A DNA stretch of 64,000 bases from positions 6,882,001 through 6,946,000 of the forward strand of contig CM120640.1 in the NCBI GenBank assembly GCA_051362555.1. The letters run 5' to 3'. This document shows positions 51,801 to 60,627 of the stretch, in pieces; within the stretch, counting starts at the first letter, position 1; the number at the start of each line of letters is the position of its first letter. A model generated the notes under the pieces. The model did not search any database. It was not told the origin of the DNA and worked only from the letters and a program-made list of their open reading frames with translations. The translations under genes were made by a program, and so were the position numbers. The DNA is from Lingula anatina. Lineage: Eukaryota > Animalia > Brachiopoda.

Positions 51801-52256
51801 AGATTTGGCACGATTTTTTTGTTTCAGAAAAAGCAGAAAACACGCAAGCCCCTCCATCCTCCCGAGCCACGCTATGTTGCGGGTCCAGTCCCAGCCCTTG
51901 CTCCACCTCCTCTCATGGCCACAATGGCTCCTGCGGCACTGATGGTACCTTACGCGCCCCCGTCGCCACTGCCGGAAGCCAGACAGAAATCTCCGTCAGA
52001 TGTCTTCGTCGCAGTTCCAGATCACTTTGTTGCCATTCGCAAAGTAAATGGGCGTTTGGCACTTGCGCGGGTGGAAGCGGCTGATTATCTGAATCATAGA
52101 ATCATGGTGAACTTCCTATCTCCAATCCCCGAGGCTGACAATATGTTTGAGCTGGATCCCAAGAAGGAAATTGTGTCAGATTCTGATGTTGCGCACTATC
52201 CTTTGAAGGTTGTGCGCCGCGGAGAATACTTTCAGTTAGTTACTAAAGAAATTTAA
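40808..52256 (+). CDS. Gene B: paralogous type I membrane protein with 2 IgGFc-binding N-terminal domains, 5 TSP1, 3 EB-like modules, TM and a longer cytoplasmic domain
   Basis: Exons 40808-40859, 41008-41138, 41415-42638, 42983-43097, 43387-43437, 43647-43808, 45891-46064, 46357-46475, 46715-47923, 48206-48299, 48544-48594, 48784-48954, 49215-49379, 49530-49691, 50343-50732, 51203-51321, 51828-52256. They sum to 4,818 nt with consistent phases. Confidence 0.85.
41415..42638 (+). CDS. Gene B IgGFc-binding domain 1 main exon (same subtype as gene A domains 2 and 4)
   Basis: ORF 41415-42683 shares ST.MFL.LP.D..G.EY..VCYSP....CQFG and FGAVLYGNV with ORF 6397. Confidence 0.9.
45785..45846. repeat. 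(TA)n microsatellite
   Basis: Perfect run ending 45 nt upstream of exon 45891. Confidence 0.97.
46715..47923 (+). CDS. Gene B IgGFc-binding domain 2 main exon (same subtype as gene A domain 5)
   Basis: ORF 46688-47938 shares CA.PTG.GCQI, the polybasic insert RKRR and SGDDL.G with ORF 32739. Confidence 0.9.
47856..48131 (+). repeat. 138-bp tandem duplication spanning an exon 3' end and donor site
   Basis: tgtatggcgtgggtaattcttctgagagctttggg starts at both 47856 and 47994. Confidence 0.9.
50343..50732 (+). CDS. Gene B exon with three EB-like repeats
   Basis: ORF 50279-50740 has the same Cys spacing as exon 35947-36357. Confidence 0.8.
51203..51321 (+). CDS. Gene B transmembrane exon
   Basis: Encodes [39 protein letters not shown], homologous to the gene A TM exon. 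Confidence 0.85.
51828..52256 (+). CDS. Gene B terminal exon: Pro-rich linker plus about 80-aa globular-looking C-terminal domain
   Basis: ORF 51819-52256; acceptor ttgtttcag ends at 51827, phase 0. Confidence 0.8.
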   Translation, partial: KKQKTRKPLHPPEPRYVAGPVPALAPPPLMATMAPAALMVPYAPPSPLPEARQKSPSDVFVAVPDHFVAIRKVNGRLALARVEAADYLNHRIMVNFLSPIPEADNMFELDPKKEIVSDSDVAHYPLKVVRRGEYFQLVTKEI

Positions 52257-54199
52257 ATAACTTTTTGTTTATGTCTTGATATATATAGTGGTTCAACTAT
52301 ATTATATAGGCCAAAAACATTTCATGGATACGATGAAATGCATATAGGCTTTTCGTGGCCTCTTATGTGAAGATGGTAAAAAAGTGAATTGCTTCTGAAA
52401 AGACGAAGCCGTTTTTCTATAGATCTATGTGAGTCAAGTGATCTTAGCAATTTGATGAACGGTCAAAACTCTCTTTAGAAACGACTTACTATTTTACTAA
52501 CCACACCGATATGTCTATAATTTTGTAGGCAGCCACGGACATCAAGTTTGGCCTTTTTGAGATAAAACTCAGTAAATCCCGGGTAATGAGGTTGCGAACC
52601 TTACTGTGCTCAAAATGATATATTGTTTGACTTAACATTAAAAACAGGATCAAACATGAAAACAATATTACTCGGCCTTTAAATGTACCGAATTTGTGTT
52701 ACCGATGAACTTACATCATATCGATCGAATGATTTGGGACAATGGCAATGGCGTGAAAACTGCACATTTTCTTTCAGTAGATACACGAATAGCGGTCTAG
52801 AATTTAGTCTAGCCGTATAAGTATCCATCGCTTATATGATATTTATATTTTCCATTGCATTTTCCATTACGACATTAGAAAGAAAGCTGGCTAAACTTTA
52901 GGAACAAACTGATAGGCCTACGCTCCGATGACAAATTTTGGCCGAGAGATATGGGTGCCAACTATACGCATACTCACCATGTAATGAGAAAGCATATCTC
53001 AAATTCAAGAACATGAGTCGATGAAAAATAACCATTTATTACATTAATAACCATAAAAGGTCACTTTATTCATATTCGATAAGTAATGCACATAGTTTAG
53101 CTGCATAAGTCTTAATAACAACAGCATTTCGATTTAGGTTTGAAGTTTGTAGTAGCTCTGGTCATTACAGAAAATAAATGGTTAAGTACTAAAACAGCAG
53201 TGTCTTCAGTGTTCTCATAAGTTCTATATGCTCATAAGTTTAGTCAATATTTGCATAATTGTTGTCACAAAGTTGATCATTATTTCATCAGGCACATGCA
53301 CAGTTCTGGCTCTGTTTACCTAATTAAGGATGAATGATTTACACTGTCAAAATTATTGCATGAAATATAAATAAAATAAACTAATCGCATCACAATTATG
53401 GAGACCTGACACAGCATATTCCTGAGAACTACAGCAATGTTGGATGGGATGCACATTGTTCCTCCCACCATTTCATCTAAAAACTACATGTATATCTGTG
53501 TGAGTACAAATGTACTGATAGAAAGAGACGTGTTAAACAAGATTTCCGTCCCTGGCCATGGCATGCTATATGCATGAATGTTCTGAGCCATGTACCTGCT
53601 TCTTGGGATATGCTGAAGCTAAGTCATATAATTATCCCAGCTATGCCCGAACCATTACAAAGACAACTTCTCAAGGAAAACCTCTCCTTGATAAATAGAC
53701 CACTCTACAAAAGATAAAAAATAGCTTAAAATGTCATCTTTTACATAATAAAGTGAGCTCCAAGTCACATCATCTCTGCTGGAGGACCCAGATAAGCTGC
53801 CAGCCGTTAAGAACTGGCCTGTGCTGAATTATGTCAGTGAATCAGGTCTTTCTTGGTACAGTGTAAGAGTAGGTACTACTTGCAAAATATAAAGGAATTC
53901 ACTAAAAAAGCTACATCCTTAAATTCATTGGGTGAATAGCAATCCTAATCACAGAGAGAAAAACCACCAAAGCTTCTGATGACAGGTACAAGAAGCAAGA
54001 AAAACACAAAAGGCAGAGGTTGCAAAAATCCACATCCATGGCCAAGTGGACCAAATTTTCCATAGACTGATTGAGGAGGAAAAGTCTGAACTACAAGCAA
54101 CTGGAATGCAGTGACAGACAGAAGTTACTGGAACTTTGTACAAAGCAGAACTTCAAACACTCAAACCTGAAAATACAGCACTGAAAGAAGAGATCTGTT

Positions 54200-54340
54200 A
54201 ATCTGTTATGAACATTTGTCAGAAAAGAAATTTAGGGGAAATGATGAGAAGCCTTCCTAACTTTCCTAATTAATTGATTGTCTTACTTCAAATTGAAGAG
54301 TATTTGACAAAAAAACTTGATTCTTTCTCAATTTCAAATG
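54200..54340 (+). pseudogene. Possible ISL2EU/Harbinger-type transposase relic (segment preceding the HTH region)
   Basis: Frameshifted EHLSEKKFRGNDEK..LPNF..LSQFQ resembles the F..ND.KV.FYTGLP.F..L..FQ segment of such transposases. Recognised from memory only. Confidence 0.35.
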
Positions 54341-55059
54341 TTTAACTTCACATACTACTTCACACGTAAGGAACTCAGGAGTAACATAAGAGAAGAGGAA
54401 GCCCAGCTGCTAGTCAGTGGTGATCCTAGATGTCAGTAAGATAAAATTTCTTTCCTCTGGTTTTTCACAAAATTGCTTCTTTATATTTATCTAGTTTTCT
54501 ATGTTGGATCATTATTATCTTGCACTTTTAGTAGCTTGTCTATTGTGCTTTTTGGAGAATCTTTTTATTTCACTTTGTTTATGTGGACTGTAAACCACGA
54601 GTGGATAGCAATGGAGGAATCTGGAAAAAGCACTACAGACGAGGAGAGCAATTCTTCAGTGACAGTGGCTGGGATGAATGAATATACGAACAATACAGAG
54701 TCAAACTTTAACAAAACAGCCAGTGCGATGGCCAACAGGTGACCCACCGTTACAGACATTTTATAAGGGTGAAGTAGAGCACTACAAGATTCCAGGTCGT
54801 AAATTGAGATTAAAGAAATGCAAAGGAGACAATGACACTAGTAATATTATGTTTTTTAAAGGGCATGACTTTGTCAGGTTGGTAATATTTTTTATGTCAA
54901 CAATTGTAAAAATTTGTGTTTTGCATTTACCTATCTGAATAAAATTTTCAATATACTGGTGTCCTTGGACGTATGCATTCAGCACCGGTATAGCCAACAG
55001 CAATAGCTCATAACGATGTTGGCCCAACATTGACATTATAGGATCCTATAGGACTTTTC

Positions 55060-55610
55060 CATTAGGGTTGGATCAGGCCCATTTGCAGATGTATGCAGAT
55101 GTTATCCACGCTAAAGGAGCACCACTGAGAAATTGTATTGGATTCACAGATGGGACTGTGCGTCCCATATCTCGTCCAACTGTGGATCAAAGGGTTGTGT
55201 TCAATGGTCACAAGCGCACTCATGCTTTAAAATACCAATCGGTGTTGACGCCAAATGGTTAAATTGCCAACCTGTTTGGGCCAAATAAGGGCAGGAGACA
55301 TGATTGCGCCCTTAGTGGCCTGTCAGAAAAGATAAGACACTTTGGGTGGACGTTTTGTGGACAGACATGGGGACCGCTTTGCAATCAGGGATGGGCTGTT
55401 GTCTCCATTTAAGCAGGCTGTGCTCACTGCAGAGCAACAACAGTTATATGGGAGCATGTCTTAAGTGCAAGAGACTGTAGAGTGGCAGTTTGGAAAAATT
55501 GTAAATTCATTTGCATTTGTAGACTACAAAAAAAAATGTATTTGCAACCTGTTGGGAAGATATATCTAGTAGCAGCATTGCTTTCCAACTTTCACACTTG
55601 CCTATATAAA
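55060..55610 (+). pseudogene. PIF/Harbinger (HARBI1-like, DDE_Tnp_4) transposase pseudogene
   Basis: KGAPLRNCIGFTDGTVRPISRP...FNGHKRTHALKYQSVLTPNG*IANLFGP..GRRHD, then VEWQFGKIV..FAFVDYKK and QPVGKIYLVAALLSNFHTCLY. Contains an in-frame stop and frameshifts. Confidence 0.85.
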
Positions 55611-55837
55611 GCCAAACTTGTCAGTACTGTTGCATTTTCTATCTCAGTAACTGAAATTGTTTTTGACATGGGAGTGATGTGCCTGTAGCACATGCTGAAT
55701 AGGTCAGAGGCTCAGATGTGGTTTTCTGCTAGGCACAGATTTGAATCCCAGCCAGATTTCTGCTCTGCGGAGATTTGAGTGGTATCAAAATTTCAATCAA
55801 TGGGGAACAGGGCAGGCTGCATGCGCTTAATCTTCTG

Positions 55838-55841
<4 letters not shown>

Positions 55842-55903
<62 letters not shown>
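55842..55903. repeat. (TA)n microsatellite
   Basis: Perfect run. Confidence 0.97.
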
Positions 55904-55908
<5 letters not shown>

Positions 55909-56089
55909 GGAGCGACATAGTTAAAGACGATAGTCAAAGAGAGTAGAGTAGTGTAGAAGCACGGGATAGAAGAGGGCTGGAAGAGTTAGTTTTGCAGTTA
56001 GACACAATAGAAACACACACGCTAGCGATTCAGAATTTGAAATTTCTGACGATTATTCAGATGCCGGTTCAGTCTCTCAGGAAAGTTCG

Positions 56090-56275
56090 TTTTGGGATGG
56101 CAGTTACAATGAAAGTGTACTGTTTACTTCTGTTCAGGGATATCAGTTTGAGCCCAGGAAACATGAAAAAGTTGGGCCTCTCCCTGAGAGTGCGAGCGTT
56201 AACACGGAGGCATATGCTAACACTAGAGTCGGGAATACAGTGGTGAGTGTATTTATGGTTCTTCAATGCTGGCAT
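56090..56275 (+). mobile_element. Decayed 5' fragment of a CR1/L2-type LINE (2A-like peptide plus PHD-finger relic)
   Basis: LLLFRDISLSPG resembles LLL.GD(V/I)..NPGP. It is followed in frame by GIQW*VYLWF, resembling GIQCD.C..WFH. Confidence 0.45.
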
Positions 56276-56801
56276 GGTGCTTTTAATTTCTATGTATTAA
56301 GATTTTATTGGGTAACTAAATAATTATAACTTGAGCCAAGATGCCGATCATATTGAGGTAAAACGCAAAGTTAATTGGAAAAGAGTGCATTCCTTTTCTC
56401 ATCCAAGTTTCTCTGTTTTGCACCTGTACTTCCGCAGACTAGAGATCTGCTGCATTAGGAGCAATTGTGCTGTTAAATTGAGTTTTGGTTAGGGTTCATA
56501 GTTAGAAAGATTAATCAGCACCATTCCCCGTCATGGCTCCAACTGCACTTCGTTAAACACGCCCTCTTCGGTATACTGAGTACTTTCTGACCCTGTGCAC
56601 TGTATGGTGCACCGGATGATAGTCTTTGAATTTAACTTGGAAAGTCATGTTTTATTTCCGAGTGCAGTTTACAAGGCTTCTAAATGCTAACTTCAACCCT
56701 TTAAACCACTGCTCTTACTACTTGTTGATCGTCTGTTTTAGCACTTCAGCTTTTCGGAAATTGACTAACTTTTCAATAAATTTCACCTATATTTATATTA
56801 T

Positions 56802-58648
56802 AACTAGAGGATCAGAGAGGCGATACCGCCTCTGAATATTGTACCACCAGCTGGAGTAAGCGCATTCGTATAGACCCACACACACACAAAAAAGGGACAC
56901 CACCACCAGTCTTGTGCTTGACAAGCTGTAAAAATGGAATCAACAAGAATTTTCAAAATATGCAAAAAATATGTATAACTAAAAATGGTACAATCAAAGT
57001 TTAGTTCATCGTAAGGTAGGTCATAGGTCAATTTCAAAGTCACAGTAAATTGCCAGTATATGACTTCCTATTCAACTTCAATAGTAACTATGGACCTATC
57101 TCTGCCAGGTTTGGAGTTAAAAGAGAAAGAAATTAGCAGAGTTCAGTTCATGATTAAAAGTAAGTCAAAGGTCAATTTCAAGGTCACACTTAGATTGCCA
57201 GTATATGACTTCCTATTCAACTTCAATAGTAACTATGGACCTATCTCTGCCAGTTTTGGAGATAAAAGGGAACCAAAATTTGCAAAGTTCAATTCATGAT
57301 GAAAAGTAGGTCAAAGGTCAATTTCAAGATCACATTTAGATTGCCAGTATATGACTTCCTATTCAAGTTCAATAGTAACTATGGACCTATCTCTGCCAGT
57401 TTTGGAGATAAAAGGGAAGCAAAATTTGCAAAGTTCAGTTCATGGTGAAAAGTAGGTCAAAGGTCAATTTTAAGGTCACATTTAGATTGCCAGTATATGA
57501 CTTCCTATTCAAGTTCAATAGAAACCATGGACCTATCTCTGCCAGTTTTGGAGATAAAAGGGAACCAAAATTTGCAAAGTTTAATTCATGGTGAAAAGTA
57601 GGTCAAAGGTCAATTTCAAGGTCACATTTAGATTGCCAGTATATGACTTCCTATTCAAGTTTAATAGTAACTATGGACCTATCTCTGCCAGTTTTGGAGA
57701 TATAAGGGACTAAATGTTATAATTTTGGAGTTACAACAATGTGCCATAAATTTCCTACAGAAAGAATTAATTAAAATAAAGAAAAGGTCATTTTAGTTGA
57801 AATTCTTTCTGTAGGAAGGTGCTCAGAAGTTCCAGATGTTAAAATTTCACGAAATAATGTCATTTTTGACCAGAAGTTGTCTGCCTCGCCAAGCCTTATG
57901 TTTTATTTTCCGGGGGTTCAAAATTTATTATCCATTACCGTACTGCACATGTTGCTTTCACCACCAATATGTACTTTTTGATACAGCGTAACTTGAAAAC
58001 CGTATGGAATACAAAAAAACGGAGACCACCTCCAGTGTTGGGCTTTACATGCTCTACAAAATGCAAAAAAGAATGGGTCTCTAGCATTAACGTTTCCCGA
58101 ATTAGAAATGGTTTTCAGTTTCGGTATCTTATGGCCACTACTCCCGTGAAAATGCACCTAATGACCCCATTGGGTTAAGTCTGTGTAGTGTCTGAATAAC
58201 AGCCCAAATAATTTTTTTTCGTAAAAAATTTCGTTTTTTTGAAAATTTTGGCCTGTTTGACCTTGAAATAAGGGTCAAAGGTCAAATCCAAGGGCATATT
58301 TGAAATCTCCACATATGACTTTGGAAAGCCGTCTGTAGAAATTTTTCCCATAATTCCTTCCGTAGGGTAGATAATTAGCATTTAATTTTGCCATTTTTGG
58401 ACAAGGGTGCATTACAATGAGTGCCACACCTAGACCCCAATACCGACAAAGCCCAAATTTTACGTGGAACGAGTTGAGATTATAGGTGACCTAAATCCAA
58501 GAGGTGGGTACGGAGGCCCTTACCATCTAGGAGGAGAAGCGGTAACGGTAACATGGCAGCGAAGCCGGCAGAACTGGCGGAGCCAGCGGAACAGACCAGA
58601 CGGGACTAAAACCATGTGTACCGCCAGCGCTCACGCTGGTGGTACAAT
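56802..58648 (-). mobile_element. Helentron-type non-autonomous element (HINE/DINE-1-like), copy A, with 146-bp tandem array
   Basis: One end has aactagag, hairpin AGAGGCG-atac-CGCCTCT and subTIR ATTGTACCACCAGC. The other end has a CGGA-rich microsatellite and palindrome GTACCGCCAGCG-ctca-CGCTGGTGGTAC-AAT. Flanks are A/T-rich with no TSD. Confidence 0.75.
57000..57710. repeat. Tandem array of about five 146-bp monomers
   Basis: gtcaattt...cattt/cactt agattgccagtatatgacttcctattcaa recurs at about 57027, 57171, 57317, 57463 and 57609. Confidence 0.92.
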
Positions 58649-58769
58649 AAATAGTGTACCGTGTGCAAATACATCAGTACCGTGTGCATTTTACCATATA
58701 TGGTCAGAATTACTTTACTTATTGAACAATGCTGATTGCATGGACAGTATGTGAAATCATCAAACCTAA

Positions 58770-59156
58770 ATGCTGGATTACATGAGATTGGTTATACAAA
58801 CCACAACCACAGATTATTTGGGTGAGGTCGGCTTCTTGCTGGCCGTCCTGTTTACTATCACGGGCATGATGGCACGACCTACCCATTACCATAGCCGAAG
58901 AGTGATCGTCCTGGTAAACGACCCGATACCCTACCCCCTCCGACTGGAGATGGAGCGGGTGAGCAAAGAATGTCCTCAAGTGACATTTCTTACAATGGCT
59001 GACCTCACGCCGGTGTACAGACGCCTCCCGTTGCTACCACCGGCGTACAATGCTATCCAAGACGCGCTGGCCACGTGTACAACCAGACCACCGCCTCACA
59101 CTCCTAATAGACAACCGGCATCGGGATCAAGCTCCAACCCCATTGTAATAGACTGA
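58770..59156 (+). CDS. Intronless orphan ORF, 128 aa, copy 1
   Basis: ATG-started and open in both copies, and more GC-rich than host introns. No family recognised. Confidence 0.3.
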   Translation: MLDYMRLVIQTTTTDYLGEVGFLLAVLFTITGMMARPTHYHSRRVIVLVNDPIPYPLRLEMERVSKECPQVTFLTMADLTPVYRRLPLLPPAYNAIQDALATCTTRPPPHTPNRQPASGSSSNPIVID

Positions 59157-59861
59157 AAAAAACAGACAAAAGAAAACAAAAAGAACAATAACAGACTTGC
59201 CTTCATCCGACATATGATGATCCATGATGTAAGCGACTGTTACAAGTCCATAACATGTTTCATTGCATGTAATTACCATATTAATGCGATAAATTCGAAA
59301 TACTAGCTACACGTTCAAGGAACTATTGGAACTGCTACTTCCAGTATAAACTTAGCTGCACTGGACGTGTCCATGCATTTTGTATACAGTGTACATTCAG
59401 AATTTGAATCTCCACATATGAATTTTAGCAAGCCGTCTGTAGAAATTTGTCCCATAATTCCTTCCATAGGGTAGTTAATTAGCATTTAATTTTGCCATTT
59501 TTGGACAAGGGTGCATTGTAATGAGTGCCACACCTAGACCCCAATACCGACAAAGCCCAAATTTTACGTGGAACGAGTTGAGATTATAGGTGACCTAAAT
59601 CCAAGAGGTGGGTACGGAGGCCCTTACCATCTAGGAGAAGTGGTAATGGTAACATGGCAGCGGAGCCGGCGGAACTGGCGGAACGGACCGGACGGGACTA
59701 AAACCATGTGTCCCGCCAGCGCTAACGCTGGTGGTACAATAAATAGTGTACCGTGTGCAAATACATCAGTACTGTGTGCATTTTACCATATATGGTCAGA
59801 ATTACTTTACTTATTGAACAATGCTGATTGCATGGACAGTACGTGAAATCATCAAACCTAA

Positions 59862-60248
59862 ATGCTGGATTACATGAGATTGGTTATACAAACCACCACC
59901 ACAGATTATTTGGGTGAGGTCGGTTTCTTGCTGGCCGTCCTGTTTACTATCACGGGCGTGATGGCACGACCTACCCATTACCAGAGCCGAAGAGTGATCG
60001 TCCTGGTAAACGACCCGATACCCTACCCCCTCCGACTGGAGATGGAGCGGGCGAGCAAAGAATGTCCTCAAGTGACATTTCTTACAATGGCTGACCTCAC
60101 GCCAGTGTACAGACGCCTCCCGTTGCTACCACCGGCGTACAATGCTATCCAAGACGCGCTGGCCACGTGTTCAACCAGACCACCGCCTCACACTCCTAAT
60201 AGACAACCGGCATCGGGATCAAGCTCCAACCCCATTGTAATAGACTGA
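59862..60248 (+). CDS. Intronless orphan ORF, 128 aa, copy 2
   Basis: Differs from copy 1 at 4 amino acids. Confidence 0.3.
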   Translation: MLDYMRLVIQTTTTDYLGEVGFLLAVLFTITGVMARPTHYQSRRVIVLVNDPIPYPLRLEMERASKECPQVTFLTMADLTPVYRRLPLLPPAYNAIQDALATCSTRPPPHTPNRQPASGSSSNPIVID

Positions 60249-60627
60249 GAAAAACAGACAAAAGAAAACAAAAAGAACAATAACAGACTTGCCTTCATCC
60301 GACATATGATGATCCATGATGTAAGCGACTGTTACAAGTCCGTAACTTGTTTCATTGCATGTAATTACCATATTAATCGCCATAAATTCGAAATACTAGC
60401 TACACGTTCAAGGAACTATTGGAACTGCTACTTCCAGTATAAACTTAGCTGCACTGGACGTGTCCATGCATTTTGTATATGGTGTACATTCAGAATTTGA
60501 CTCAATTGAACTCCTGCACATTCATAGACCACAGTTATATGTATCCATTTATATTACAACCTCTCTTTACATTCTTGCGCAAAAGTGTACACAGAGTTTA
60601 ATACAGTGTTAGCCACAGTAAAATGTT

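Larger units (their letters stand above)
58299..60500 (+). repeat. About 1.1-kb tandem duplication (element terminus plus adjacent ORF-bearing DNA)
   Basis: 58299-59406 is repeated at 59403-60500, including near-identical ORFs 58464/59568 and 58770/59862. Confidence 0.92.

Noticed and set aside
52242-52256. C-terminal TKEI as a class I PDZ-binding motif
   Set aside because: Position -2 is Lys, not Ser or Thr.
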